Positions 16,617 through 25,530 of a stretch of 39,056 nucleotides of DNA are shown here, in pieces (the stretch's first letter is position 1; the number at the start of each line of letters is the position of its first letter). The DNA is from an uncultured Bacilli bacterium (GTDB taxonomy: Bacteria; Bacillota_I; Bacilli_A; RF39; UBA660), in assembly GCA_947598345.1 (NCBI GenBank), contig CANQFF010000002.1, forward strand, positions 1 through 39,056. The letters are read 5' to 3'. The position numbers were made by a program, and so were the translations under genes. Below the pieces are notes generated by a model. It did not search any database, was not told where the DNA came from, and saw only the letters and a list, made by a program, of their open reading frames with translations.

Positions 16617-17964
16617 ATCAATAATTGAAAAATTAAATAATAAAAAGATATGTATATTAGGTTTTGGATTAGAAGGGAGATCCACTTATAAATTTATAAG
16701 GAGACATTTAAAAGATTTATTTTTAACTATAATTGATAGTAGAGATGTAAGTGGAGAAGATATTTTAAAAAATGATTCTAATATTGAGGTAGTATATGGA
16801 CAAAATTATTTAGATAATTTATCTAGATTTGATTTAATTATTAAAACACCTGGTATTACTTTTAAAGATATTAATATAGAAGATATAAAAGATAAAATAA
16901 CATCTCAGTTAGAGTTGATATTAGAAGTATTTAAAGATAATATAATAGGTGTTACAGGGACTAAAGGTAAAAGTACAACTTGTAGTTTGTTATATGATAT
17001 TATTAAAAATCAAAAGAAAGAAGTTTATTTACTAGGTAATATAGGTAACTCTATATTGGATGATGTAGAAAAATTTAATAAAGATACTTACTTAGTTATC
17101 GAAATGTCTGCTTTACAACTTGAGTATGTTAAAATTTCTCCACATATAGGAATAGTTTTAAATTTATTTGAAGATCACTTAGATCATTCTAAAACCTTAG
17201 AACATTATCACAATAATAAAATGAATATGTTTAAATATCAAGATAAATCGGATATTGGAATCTATTCATTAGATAATGAAAATACTGTAAATTTAATTAA
17301 TAAAAATAATTATCCAGGAAAGATGTATAAAGTTACTTTAGGTGGTAAAGATAAGGATACTATATACTTAGAAGGTAATAAAGTTGTATTTAATAACGAA
17401 GTTTTATACAATAAAAATGATAGTAGAAATTTAATTGGTTCTCATAACTTATCTAATATTATGTTTTGTCTATTAGTATCAAAAATATTAGATTTAGATA
17501 TGAATTTAGTAAGAGATAGTATAAATAGTTTTAAACCGTTATCTCATAGAATGGAATGCGTTGGAACTATAGATGGTATTACTTATTATGATGATGCTAT
17601 TGCAACGATCCCTATGGCTACTATTAATGCAATTGAGGCATTGAAAGATGTTGATACATTAATATTTGGGGGGATGGATAGAGGTATTGATTATACCCCA
17701 TTGATAGAGTATTTATATGATTGTAATATTTCAAATTTAATTTGTATGCCTACAACTGGTTATAAAGTTGGTAAATGTTTAGAAAGTATGAATTGCAACA
17801 AGAATATCTATTATATAGAATTACTAGAAAATGCAGTTTTGAAAGCTAAAAAAGTAACAAAGAAGGGTAAAATTTGTTTAATGAGCCCTGCAGCTAGTAG
17901 TTATGAATATTTTAAAAATTTTGAAGAAAAAGGAAATAAATTTAAAGAATTAGTACAAAAATGA
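16609..17964 (+). CDS. murD: Mur ligase, MurD type (UDP-MurNAc-L-Ala:glutamate ligase)
   Basis: N-terminal Rossmann ILGFGLEGRS, P-loop GVTGTKGKSTT, DDAIATIP, and C-terminal SPAASSYEYFKNFEEKGNKFKELV typical of MurD. Confidence 0.85.
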   Translation: MYKSIIEKLNNKKICILGFGLEGRSTYKFIRRHLKDLFLTIIDSRDVSGEDILKNDSNIEVVYGQNYLDNLSRFDLIIKTPGITFKDINIEDIKDKITSQLELILEVFKDNIIGVTGTKGKSTTCSLLYDIIKNQKKEVYLLGNIGNSILDDVEKFNKDTYLVIEMSALQLEYVKISPHIGIVLNLFEDHLDHSKTLEHYHNNKMNMFKYQDKSDIGIYSLDNENTVNLINKNNYPGKMYKVTLGGKDKDTIYLEGNKVVFNNEVLYNKNDSRNLIGSHNLSNIMFCLLVSKILDLDMNLVRDSINSFKPLSHRMECVGTIDGITYYDDAIATIPMATINAIEALKDVDTLIFGGMDRGIDYTPLIEYLYDCNISNLICMPTTGYKVGKCLESMNCNKNIYYIELLENAVLKAKKVTKKGKICLMSPAASSYEYFKNFEEKGNKFKELVQK

Positions 17965-17985
17965 AACTTTTGAGTTTCTTTTTTT
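17963..17985 (+). terminator. Rho-independent terminator
   Basis: GAAACT-tttg-AGTTTC followed by TTTTTTT. It overlaps the murD stop codon. Confidence 0.7.
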
Positions 17986-17991
17986 GTCGAA
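17985..17991 (+). promoter_or_regulatory. Perfect Spo0A box TGTCGAA upstream of the surface-protein gene
   Basis: TGTCGAA at 17985-17991, about 80 nt upstream of the candidate promoter at 18068. A single heptamer could be chance. Confidence 0.3.
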
Positions 17992-18067
17992 TTTAAATAT
18001 TATTTATAATATTTAATAATTGATTGTTTCACATTTTATAAAATAAGCTAGAATATGCAAAAAAAAC

Positions 18068-18096
18068 TTTACAATTTACTTTATTTGTTTTATAAT
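18068..18096 (+). promoter_or_regulatory. Candidate sigma-A promoter TTTACA-17-TATAAT
   Basis: TTTACA at 18068-18073, a 17-nt spacer, then TATAAT at 18091-18096, about 20 nt upstream of the start codon. Confidence 0.45.
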
Positions 18097-18113
18097 TTTA
18101 TTAGAGTAGGTGA

Positions 18114-20579
18114 ATGAGTATGAGAAAATTAACAAAAATATTTACTTTGTTAATAGTGTTGTTCTTATGTGTAAACAGTGTATATGCAGAGGATTCATTT
18201 TACGCAATAACTGGTAGTTCTGTTGATCCAACTTGCAATCATACAAAATATACTACAGCATCTGGAAAAAGTACTGAAGATAGTGGCGAATATTTTGGAA
18301 CATGTAAGTATGCTGATTCTAACAATAATCCAGTATTTTGTTTGGATATTGGTATGAAATACTGGGGAGATTATTTACATACAAATGTAAATAATGAAAC
18401 TATTGAAGGAACTGGACTTGCTTGTGGTCTTGAGGCTGCTGTAAGTGCGGGTGCTTTAACTAGGCCAGGAAATTTATCAGAAACAATTACATATATAACG
18501 ACTTCAGAAATTATAGATCAATATGCTATTCAACATTATATTTGGGAGAAAGAGGATTCTAGTGATAGTTGTGTAGTATCAAATTCATCAACAACTAAAG
18601 ATACGACACATAATACGGGAACATTAAATATAACTCAATCATCTGTTTCGTTGACTAGATCATCAGTAACAGGAGATTATACTGGAACAATAAGTATTGA
18701 ACACTCAGGGTTAAAATCAGGAAAGTACACTGTAAGTTATAGTGGATCAATAATAGTGTCAGAAAGTAATGGAGGACAAAAATTAACATCTGGAAGCTCA
18801 ACAAGTGCTAAAACATTATATTTGAGAGTACCATCAAATTCGGCATCAAAAACTAGTTTTACGATTACAGTTAGTGGTTCATATGAAAATACGGAAACTA
18901 CAAGAACAACTGTTACAAAAATAATACCTGTAGTTAGAGTTTATTACAGAGCTGGTTTTGATGTAGCTCATGATCAAAGATTGGGAAAAGTAGGTTATAA
19001 ACAGCAATCTACTACAACAACAACACCTAAAACAATAACAACTGATTTATCTGATTCAGTAACAGCAGAAGTAAACCCTTGGGGAGAATTAATAATAAAT
19101 AAAGAAGATTCAAAAACAAACAAAAAGGTAAAAGATGCAGAGTTCCAATTATTTAATAGTGATGGAACTACTCCAGCAAAAGATATTGATGGAAATGAGA
19201 TAGGTAAGAAAAAAACAGACGCAAGTGGTAAAATAACAATGACAAAAATACCATATGGGAGTTATGTATTAAAAGAAACATCTCCTGCACCAGGATATAA
19301 AGTAAATACAAGTACTCAAAATATTCAAATAAATTCAAATACCAGGGAGACAACAGTATTTAATGATGAAATAACAATTATTCCAAAAAAGGTGGATAAG
19401 GAAGAAGATTCTAAATTTGTAGTAGGATCACAGTTAGTTATATCAAAACAAAATGGTGATGTTGTACAAAGATTTACCATATCAAATGAGGCTCCAGAAA
19501 TAAATTTAGAAGCAGGCACATATGTATTAACAGAAACATATGCACCACCAGAATATAGAAGATTTAAAGGAAAATATACATTTAAAATCGATAATACAGG
19601 AAAGATAACTTTTGTATCAATAACAGGTGATGATAAATATACTGCGGATGATTTTGTAATATCAGGAAGTACTTTAAAAATATATAATTCAAAAGTAAAA
19701 ATAAGAATGCAAAAAAAAGACCTTGATACAGATATGAGTTTAGTTGGTGCAGAAATCATAATTTCAAAAGAGGATGGAGAAGAAGTAAAAAGGTTTAAAT
19801 TTAATGATGAGGCAATAGATTTACCACCAGGAAGATATGTATTAACAGAAGGTGAACCACTATTGGGTTATGAGAAATTATTTGGAAGTTGCACATTTGA
19901 TTTAGATGATGATGGAAATATAAGAATAATAAAGATAGTGGGAAATAGTAATTACTTTAAAACAGATGGTAAGGTACTTACAATATATAATGCAGAAAGA
20001 AGATTTAGATTTACAAAAAAAGATTTGGAAACAGATAATAAATTAACTGGTTCACACATATTAATACAAGATAATGAATGTAATATAGTATCAGAATTTG
20101 ATAGTGAAGAAGAAATATCAGAAGCAATAGTATTACCACCTAAATATTATGTATTAACAGAGACAATTTCACCAGAAGGATATGAACCTTTGAAATATAG
20201 ATATTACTTCCAGTTAAATTTATCAAGAGAAGTAATAATAAAAAAGATAGAATTAATAACAGAAGAAAATAATCAATGTCAACCATGGGATGTAAGCGAC
20301 TTAGAATCTGAGGAAGATTCAGATTTAGATTTAGATGAAGATATGGAAGAAGAGGATGACATACCTGATAAAGTAGAATTGACAGAAGAAGAAAAAAATG
20401 AGGCTCTTCAATATTTCAAAGTAGATGGATACAATATAACACTATATAATAAAAAAGTAGTAGTAGATGTACCTGATACTGGAAAAAATAGTATAATGTA
20501 TTGGATAATAGGTGGAGCAGTGTTGTCTATAGGAATACTTATTATATATTTAACATTTAGAAAAAGAGTTACACAATAA
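18114..20579 (+). CDS. Sortase-anchored surface protein: signal peptide, thioester-domain-like N-terminal region, four CnaB/SpaA-type modules, acidic stalk and VPDTG sorting signal
   Basis: Signal peptide ending VYA|ED. FCLD and IQHYIW motifs. Repeated G(S/T/R)YVL(K/T)E..P.GY modules. C-terminal VPDTG plus a hydrophobic helix and RKR tail. The ATG at 18120 is better spaced from AGGTGA than the ATG at 18114. Confidence 0.85.
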   Translation: MSMRKLTKIFTLLIVLFLCVNSVYAEDSFYAITGSSVDPTCNHTKYTTASGKSTEDSGEYFGTCKYADSNNNPVFCLDIGMKYWGDYLHTNVNNETIEGTGLACGLEAAVSAGALTRPGNLSETITYITTSEIIDQYAIQHYIWEKEDSSDSCVVSNSSTTKDTTHNTGTLNITQSSVSLTRSSVTGDYTGTISIEHSGLKSGKYTVSYSGSIIVSESNGGQKLTSGSSTSAKTLYLRVPSNSASKTSFTITVSGSYENTETTRTTVTKIIPVVRVYYRAGFDVAHDQRLGKVGYKQQSTTTTTPKTITTDLSDSVTAEVNPWGELIINKEDSKTNKKVKDAEFQLFNSDGTTPAKDIDGNEIGKKKTDASGKITMTKIPYGSYVLKETSPAPGYKVNTSTQNIQINSNTRETTVFNDEITIIPKKVDKEEDSKFVVGSQLVISKQNGDVVQRFTISNEAPEINLEAGTYVLTETYAPPEYRRFKGKYTFKIDNTGKITFVSITGDDKYTADDFVISGSTLKIYNSKVKIRMQKKDLDTDMSLVGAEIIISKEDGEEVKRFKFNDEAIDLPPGRYVLTEGEPLLGYEKLFGSCTFDLDDDGNIRIIKIVGNSNYFKTDGKVLTIYNAERRFRFTKKDLETDNKLTGSHILIQDNECNIVSEFDSEEEISEAIVLPPKYYVLTETISPEGYEPLKYRYYFQLNLSREVIIKKIELITEENNQCQPWDVSDLESEEDSDLDLDEDMEEEDDIPDKVELTEEEKNEALQYFKVDGYNITLYNKKVVVDVPDTGKNSIMYWIIGGAVLSIGILIIYLTFRKRVTQ
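19080..20280 (+). repeat. Four tandem, diverged ~100-aa CnaB/SpaA-like protein modules (protein-level repeat, boundaries approximate)
   Basis: Modules begin near 19080, 19371, 19695 and 19998. Each contains a K(K/E)D..(T/S)..L.G(A/S) start and a YVLTE..P.GY core. DNA-level identity is low. Confidence 0.6.
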
Positions 20580-20635
20580 TTCTTTTTTTTTCTTTTTAAA
20601 TATGTTAAACTATATGTATAGATTGGAGGCTTTTC

Positions 20636-21913
20636 ATGAATATACTTCCTGCAGATACTTTTATAGTTGTAAATAAGACAACTTTAAATGACAAAGATAG
20701 AAATATACTTATGTTATTATATCAACCTATAGTAGGATATCAGGCTATAAGTTTATATTATACATTTTGGTCTTATTTAGATAAATCTGAACTTATTTCA
20801 AATGAATGGACTCATCATCATATATTGAGGGATATGTTAATGAGTAATTCTGAATTTATTGATGCTAAAGTAAAGCTGGAAGCTATAGGCCTTATTAAAA
20901 CATACCTAAAAAAAGGTAATATAAATAGCTATGTATATGAATTGTATTCTCCTATAAACGCATCTGAATTTATAAATAATCCAATACTTAATACAGCATT
21001 ATTTAATGCGATTGGTAAACTAGAGTATGAAAGAATAATTAGCTATTTTAAAATACCTAAAATAAATTTAAAGGAATATGATGATATTACGAGTAAATTT
21101 AGTGATGTATTTGCTTTTTCAAGTGTTCCTTTAACTGATAATTTAATTTATGATATAAAAAAATCAAATTATAGAAAATTAGAAATTTTATCTAAAATAG
21201 ACATTAATACTATACTTAGTTTGATTAGTGAAGATTTACTAAATAAAAAAACTATAACAAAAGATATGAAAGATTTTCTTTATAAAATCGCATACATATA
21301 TAATTATGATAATGATGATATGATAGAACTTATAAGAAATTCCACTACAGAAAGACATACTATTGATAAGAAATTACTTCAAGAGAATGCTAATAAATAT
21401 TATAGATATGACCATGTTGGAAAACTTCCAAGTATCATATATAAGAATCAACCAGAATATTTAAGAAAAGAAAATTTAGATACCTCAAATAGATCGAAGA
21501 TGATTCATATTTTTGAAACTACAACTCCATATGACTTTATCCATAGTAAATATAAGACAGGAAATCCAACAAGTAGTGATTTAAATATAATATCCTATTT
21601 ACTTATAGATTTGAATTTAAAACCAGGTGTCGTTAATGTATTAATAGATTATGTTTTAAAAATAAACAATAATAAGCTTATTAAATCATTTGTAGAAGTT
21701 ATCGCATCGCAGTGGAGCAAAAGTGGAATAGAAACAGTTGAAGATGCGATGAATATAGCTGAAAAAGAATATAGAAATAATAAAAAGATTAATGTAGCTA
21801 AAACTGTAAAAAAGGTATCAGCTACACCTGAATGGTTTAATAAAGATATTAAAGAAGATATTGCAACGGAAGAAGAAATAAAAAAATTAGAGGATCGTAT
21901 GAAAAGGAGTTAG
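20636..21913 (+). CDS. dnaB: Replication initiation and membrane attachment protein (B. subtilis DnaB/DnaD family helicase co-loader)
   Basis: N-terminus LLYQPIVGYQAISLYYTFW and a C-terminal DnaD-like repeat (VLIDYVL..., WSKSGIETVEDA). Position directly upstream of dnaI matches B. subtilis. GGAGG SD. Confidence 0.75.
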   Translation: MNILPADTFIVVNKTTLNDKDRNILMLLYQPIVGYQAISLYYTFWSYLDKSELISNEWTHHHILRDMLMSNSEFIDAKVKLEAIGLIKTYLKKGNINSYVYELYSPINASEFINNPILNTALFNAIGKLEYERIISYFKIPKINLKEYDDITSKFSDVFAFSSVPLTDNLIYDIKKSNYRKLEILSKIDINTILSLISEDLLNKKTITKDMKDFLYKIAYIYNYDNDDMIELIRNSTTERHTIDKKLLQENANKYYRYDHVGKLPSIIYKNQPEYLRKENLDTSNRSKMIHIFETTTPYDFIHSKYKTGNPTSSDLNIISYLLIDLNLKPGVVNVLIDYVLKINNNKLIKSFVEVIASQWSKSGIETVEDAMNIAEKEYRNNKKINVAKTVKKVSATPEWFNKDIKEDIATEEEIKKLEDRMKRS

Positions 21914-21915
21914 TT

Positions 21916-22818
21916 ATGCATAATGTTTTAGAAAATATAGGTAGTATAGATACAAAGGAAATTGATTTAGATTCAGAATTTAAAAAGGCAAAGGCTGATA
22001 CAAATTTTAAAGCTATAACTAAAAATTTAAAATTAGATGAATCCATTTTAAAAAAATATACATCAATAATTAATGAATGTGCTAAAGAGTTTGATAATTG
22101 TAAAAATTGTAAAGGTTTACTTAACTGCTTAAATAAAGTTGAAGGTTATTGTTATTTACCAATAAATATAAATGGAAGTTTATCATTCATTTATAAGCCT
22201 TGTAAATATAAGGTTCAATATGAAAATAAAAATAAATATAAAAATAATATAAAATTCTTTAATACTCCAGAATATGTAAAAGAAGCTTGTTTGGATAATA
22301 TTTATAAAACAGATAAAAATAGATTTAAAACAATAAATTATTTAATGGATTTTTTAGATGATTATGAATCAAAAAAAGAATGCAAGGGATTATATTTACA
22401 TGGAAATTTTGGTTGTGGGAAAACATATTTAATAGCAGCTATTTTTAATGAATTAGCAAAAAAGAACTATAAAAGTAGCATTATATTTTGGCCTGAATTT
22501 TTAAGGCAAGCATTCAACAATGATTTTAATGATAAATATGAATATGTTAAATCTGTTCCACTTTTACTTATTGATGATATAGGAGCTGAAAACTTAACAA
22601 GTTGGAATAGAGATGAAATTTTATGCCCATTATTACAATACAGAATGGATAATAAATTAACAACTTTTTTTACATCTAATTTAAATTTAAAAGAATTAGA
22701 AAGCCATTTGTCAAATTCAAAAAATGGTGTTGATGAAGTTAAGGCCAATAGAATAATTTCTAGAATAGAGCAACTTACAACGGATATTGAAATGGTTAGT
22801 AAAAATTTGAGAAAGTAA
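21916..22818 (+). CDS. dnaI: Primosomal helicase loader DnaI
   Basis: N-terminal Cys-rich region (CKNCKGLLNC), Walker A GNFGCGKTYL, Walker B LLLIDDIGAE. About 300 aa. AAGGAG SD. Confidence 0.85.
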   Translation: MHNVLENIGSIDTKEIDLDSEFKKAKADTNFKAITKNLKLDESILKKYTSIINECAKEFDNCKNCKGLLNCLNKVEGYCYLPININGSLSFIYKPCKYKVQYENKNKYKNNIKFFNTPEYVKEACLDNIYKTDKNRFKTINYLMDFLDDYESKKECKGLYLHGNFGCGKTYLIAAIFNELAKKNYKSSIIFWPEFLRQAFNNDFNDKYEYVKSVPLLLIDDIGAENLTSWNRDEILCPLLQYRMDNKLTTFFTSNLNLKELESHLSNSKNGVDEVKANRIISRIEQLTTDIEMVSKNLRK

Positions 22819-22831
22819 AAATCTTATAACG

Positions 22832-22850
22832 GCACAACTTTGTGCTTTTC
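22832..22850 (+). terminator. Weak terminator-like hairpin
   Basis: GCACA-actt-TGTGC followed by TTTTCTATT. The stem is short. Confidence 0.3.
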
Positions 22851-22912
22851 TATTGGAAAAAATTAAATAAAATGTTATAATTATAATGTGAATAATAGGG
22901 AGAGGTGATATC

Positions 22913-25291
22913 ATGTATGATTTGGGTGATCAATTTAAACTTGATTTAGCTAAGTCTAAAGCTAACGATGAATGTGTATTCAAGGGTAGTAAATATAGAA
23001 TCACAGTCCTTACAGAAAGATTAGTTAGACTCGAATATAGTGAAACAGGTACATTTCAAGATTATCCGACTGAACTTGTATGGTATAGAAATTTCCCTAA
23101 ACCTAATTTTAAAGTTGAAGAGAACAATAGTTTATTAAAAATAACGACAAAATATTTTGAACTTTATTATGTAAAAAATAAAAAATTTTATGGAGGCAAA
23201 ATATCACCAACTAATAATTTAAAAATAAATTTAATAGGCAATGATAAAACTTGGTATTATAGACATCCAGAAGTAAGAAATTATGGTGCAAGTGCATATA
23301 AATTAAAAAACGATAAGGATAGTAAAATACAAAAAGGTTTATATTCCTTGGATGGATTTGCTTCTATTGATGATTCAAATAGTGCTTATATAACTGAAAA
23401 TGGTGAATTTATAAAAAATAAAGATAAACATATCGATATTTATGTATTTTTATATGGTAAAGATTTTTATTATTGTTTAAATGATTATTTTATGATTACT
23501 GGTTATCCACCTTTAATACCGAGATATGCACTTGGAAATTGGTGGAATAAAGCTGAAAATTATAGTGAAAAAGACATAGTCAATATAACTAAAAAATTTT
23601 CAATAAACAACATTCCTATATCAATTTTTATTTTAAATAATTGGCAATTAAATAATAATTTTGAATTTATTGAAAGTTATGAAAATCCTAAAAAAATAAT
23701 TGATATTTTAAAAGAGAAAAATATATATACTGCTCTTTCAATAGAGGATCCTATTAATTTTAAAGTTGGTAGTAAAAGCTTTGATAAATTAAAAAATTAT
23801 ATAAAAGATGTCTCAGGGAGTATTGATTTTAATTTATATGATCCAAGAACAGTAGATGCGTTTTTAAAATTATTAATTCATCCTTTAAATAGTTATGGTG
23901 TTAATTTTTATTCTTTGGAGACATTTGATAAAAAAAATTTAGATAGACTTATGATTTTAAAACATTATCTTTATTATGATAATTTTAGGAATCCTTTAAA
24001 AAGACCTTTAATAAGCGCTAATAACTCAACAATAGCTGCTCATAGGTATCCTGTTACATATGCTGGAAGATCAACTGTAAGTTGGGACACACTTAAAAAT
24101 ATACCACAGTTTAATATATTGGCTTCTAATTTAGGTGTTAGTTTTTGGAGTCATGATTTTGGTGGAACTACTGGTGGTATAGAAGATAATGAATTATTTA
24201 CTAGATTTATTGAGTTAGGAGTGTTTTCGCCAATATTAAGATTGGGTTCAGATGGTGGAAAATACTATAAAAGAGAACCTTGGAAATGGGGAATAAAAAC
24301 TTCTAAAATAGCAACTGATTATTTAAATTTGAGATATAAATTGATACCATATATCTATACAGAAGCATATAAATATTTTAAGTATGGCAAACCACTAATT
24401 GAACCTATTTATTATAGATATCCAAGTTTATACGATGATTCAATGTATAGAAATGAATACTTTTTTGGCTCACAACTTTTAGTTAGTCCTATAATATCTA
24501 AAAAAGATTATGTAATGAATAGAGCTATTCATAAACTATATATACCAGATGGTATATGGTATGATTTTTTTACTGGTAAAAAATTTAACGGAAATAAAAA
24601 GTATACTTCGTTTTATAAAGATGAGGATTATCCTGTATTTGTGAAGGCTGGAACTATTATTCCTATTTCATTAAATGAGTTTAATGATACTGGATTACCA
24701 AGAAATATGGAAATACAAATTTTTCCTGGCACAAATAATACATATAGCATATATGAAGATGATGGAATTACTAATAATTATTTAAAGGGTAATTATACAA
24801 TAACTAATATAGAATTTTTATATAAAAAAAATGATTACAAATTGATAATTCTTCCAGTTGGAGGAAAAACTGGAATATTACCTGAAACTAGAAATTATAA
24901 AATAAGATTTAGAAACACAAAACAGGCAACCAGAATAATTAGTTATGTTGGTGGTAATCAAGTTGAAAATAAAAGTCATACTGAAGATAATGATTTAATA
25001 ATAGAAATTGATAATGTACCTACTAACACACAACTTACAATAATGTGTAGTGGAGCTGATATAGAAATAGATGCCTTAAGAATTGTAGGTGAGGACATAA
25101 TATCTATTGTAAGTGATTTACCTATAAAAACTACTGTTAAACAAAAAATAGATGATATTATGTTTTCTAAAGATTTAGATATTAAAAAGAAAAGAATAGA
25201 AATAAGAAAGCTTGCTCGTGGTAAAGATTATATAGATAGAAAATATATAGATTTATTATTAAAACTACTTGAATATATTAAAGATGTGTAA
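22913..25291 (+). CDS. Glycoside hydrolase family 31 homologue (YicI/alpha-xylosidase-like), probably catalytically divergent
   Basis: YicI-like pattern: GYPPLIPRYALGNWW, HRYPVTY.G...VSW, FWSHDFGG, ELGVFSPILRL, REPWKWG, and YRYP...EYFFGSQLLVSPI. See the finding on the catalytic positions. Confidence 0.85.
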   Translation: MYDLGDQFKLDLAKSKANDECVFKGSKYRITVLTERLVRLEYSETGTFQDYPTELVWYRNFPKPNFKVEENNSLLKITTKYFELYYVKNKKFYGGKISPTNNLKINLIGNDKTWYYRHPEVRNYGASAYKLKNDKDSKIQKGLYSLDGFASIDDSNSAYITENGEFIKNKDKHIDIYVFLYGKDFYYCLNDYFMITGYPPLIPRYALGNWWNKAENYSEKDIVNITKKFSINNIPISIFILNNWQLNNNFEFIESYENPKKIIDILKEKNIYTALSIEDPINFKVGSKSFDKLKNYIKDVSGSIDFNLYDPRTVDAFLKLLIHPLNSYGVNFYSLETFDKKNLDRLMILKHYLYYDNFRNPLKRPLISANNSTIAAHRYPVTYAGRSTVSWDTLKNIPQFNILASNLGVSFWSHDFGGTTGGIEDNELFTRFIELGVFSPILRLGSDGGKYYKREPWKWGIKTSKIATDYLNLRYKLIPYIYTEAYKYFKYGKPLIEPIYYRYPSLYDDSMYRNEYFFGSQLLVSPIISKKDYVMNRAIHKLYIPDGIWYDFFTGKKFNGNKKYTSFYKDEDYPVFVKAGTIIPISLNEFNDTGLPRNMEIQIFPGTNNTYSIYEDDGITNNYLKGNYTITNIEFLYKKNDYKLIILPVGGKTGILPETRNYKIRFRNTKQATRIISYVGGNQVENKSHTEDNDLIIEIDNVPTNTQLTIMCSGADIEIDALRIVGEDIISIVSDLPIKTTVKQKIDDIMFSKDLDIKKKRIEIRKLARGKDYIDRKYIDLLLKLLEYIKDV

Positions 25292-25297
25292 TATAAT
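25269..25297 (+). promoter_or_regulatory. Candidate sigma-A promoter TTGAAT-17-TATAAT for the T-box leader
   Basis: TTGAAT at 25269-25274 lies inside the 3' end of the GH31 gene. After a 17-nt spacer, TATAAT sits at 25292-25297. The predicted transcription start falls just before the T-box stem I. Confidence 0.5.
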
Positions 25298-25304
25298 ATG
25301 TGTA

Positions 25305-25520
25305 TAAAAAGCAAAGACTGTGAAAAAGAGTAGTAATAATTTATCTATTTTTTAGAGAAAAAGTGTTTGGTGAAAACTTTTAAATAGTGATTATGAACTT
25401 GCTTTGGAGTTTCTTATGACGGTTTAGCGCGTTATTGCTAAAAAGATGTAGAAATACATGAATTAAGGTGGTACCACGGATTATATAATCACGTCCTTAT
25501 ATGGATGTGATTTTTTTTAG
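25305..25520 (+). promoter_or_regulatory. T-box riboswitch leader, leucine specifier (CUU)
   Basis: The leader contains GTGAAAAAGAGTAGTA (GA/K-turn region), AGAGA, the distal GGTGAAA, and specifier context GAA-CTT-G (CTT at 25398-25400). It also has stem III ATGTA-gaaa-TACAT and the T-box sequence AAGGTGGTACCACG (25465-25478). The terminator stem is AATCACGTCC/GGATGTGATT (25487-25512) followed by a T-run. Confidence 0.85.
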
Positions 25521-25530
25521 GAGATGATTT

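Noticed and set aside
20290-20375. Acidic Asp/Glu-rich stretch of the surface protein, and the acidic linker of the SpoVID-like protein (about 33660-33880), as DNA tandem repeats
   Set aside because: These are compositionally biased (gaa/gat-rich), but I could not find a repeating nucleotide unit. They are low-complexity coding sequence, not tandem repeats.
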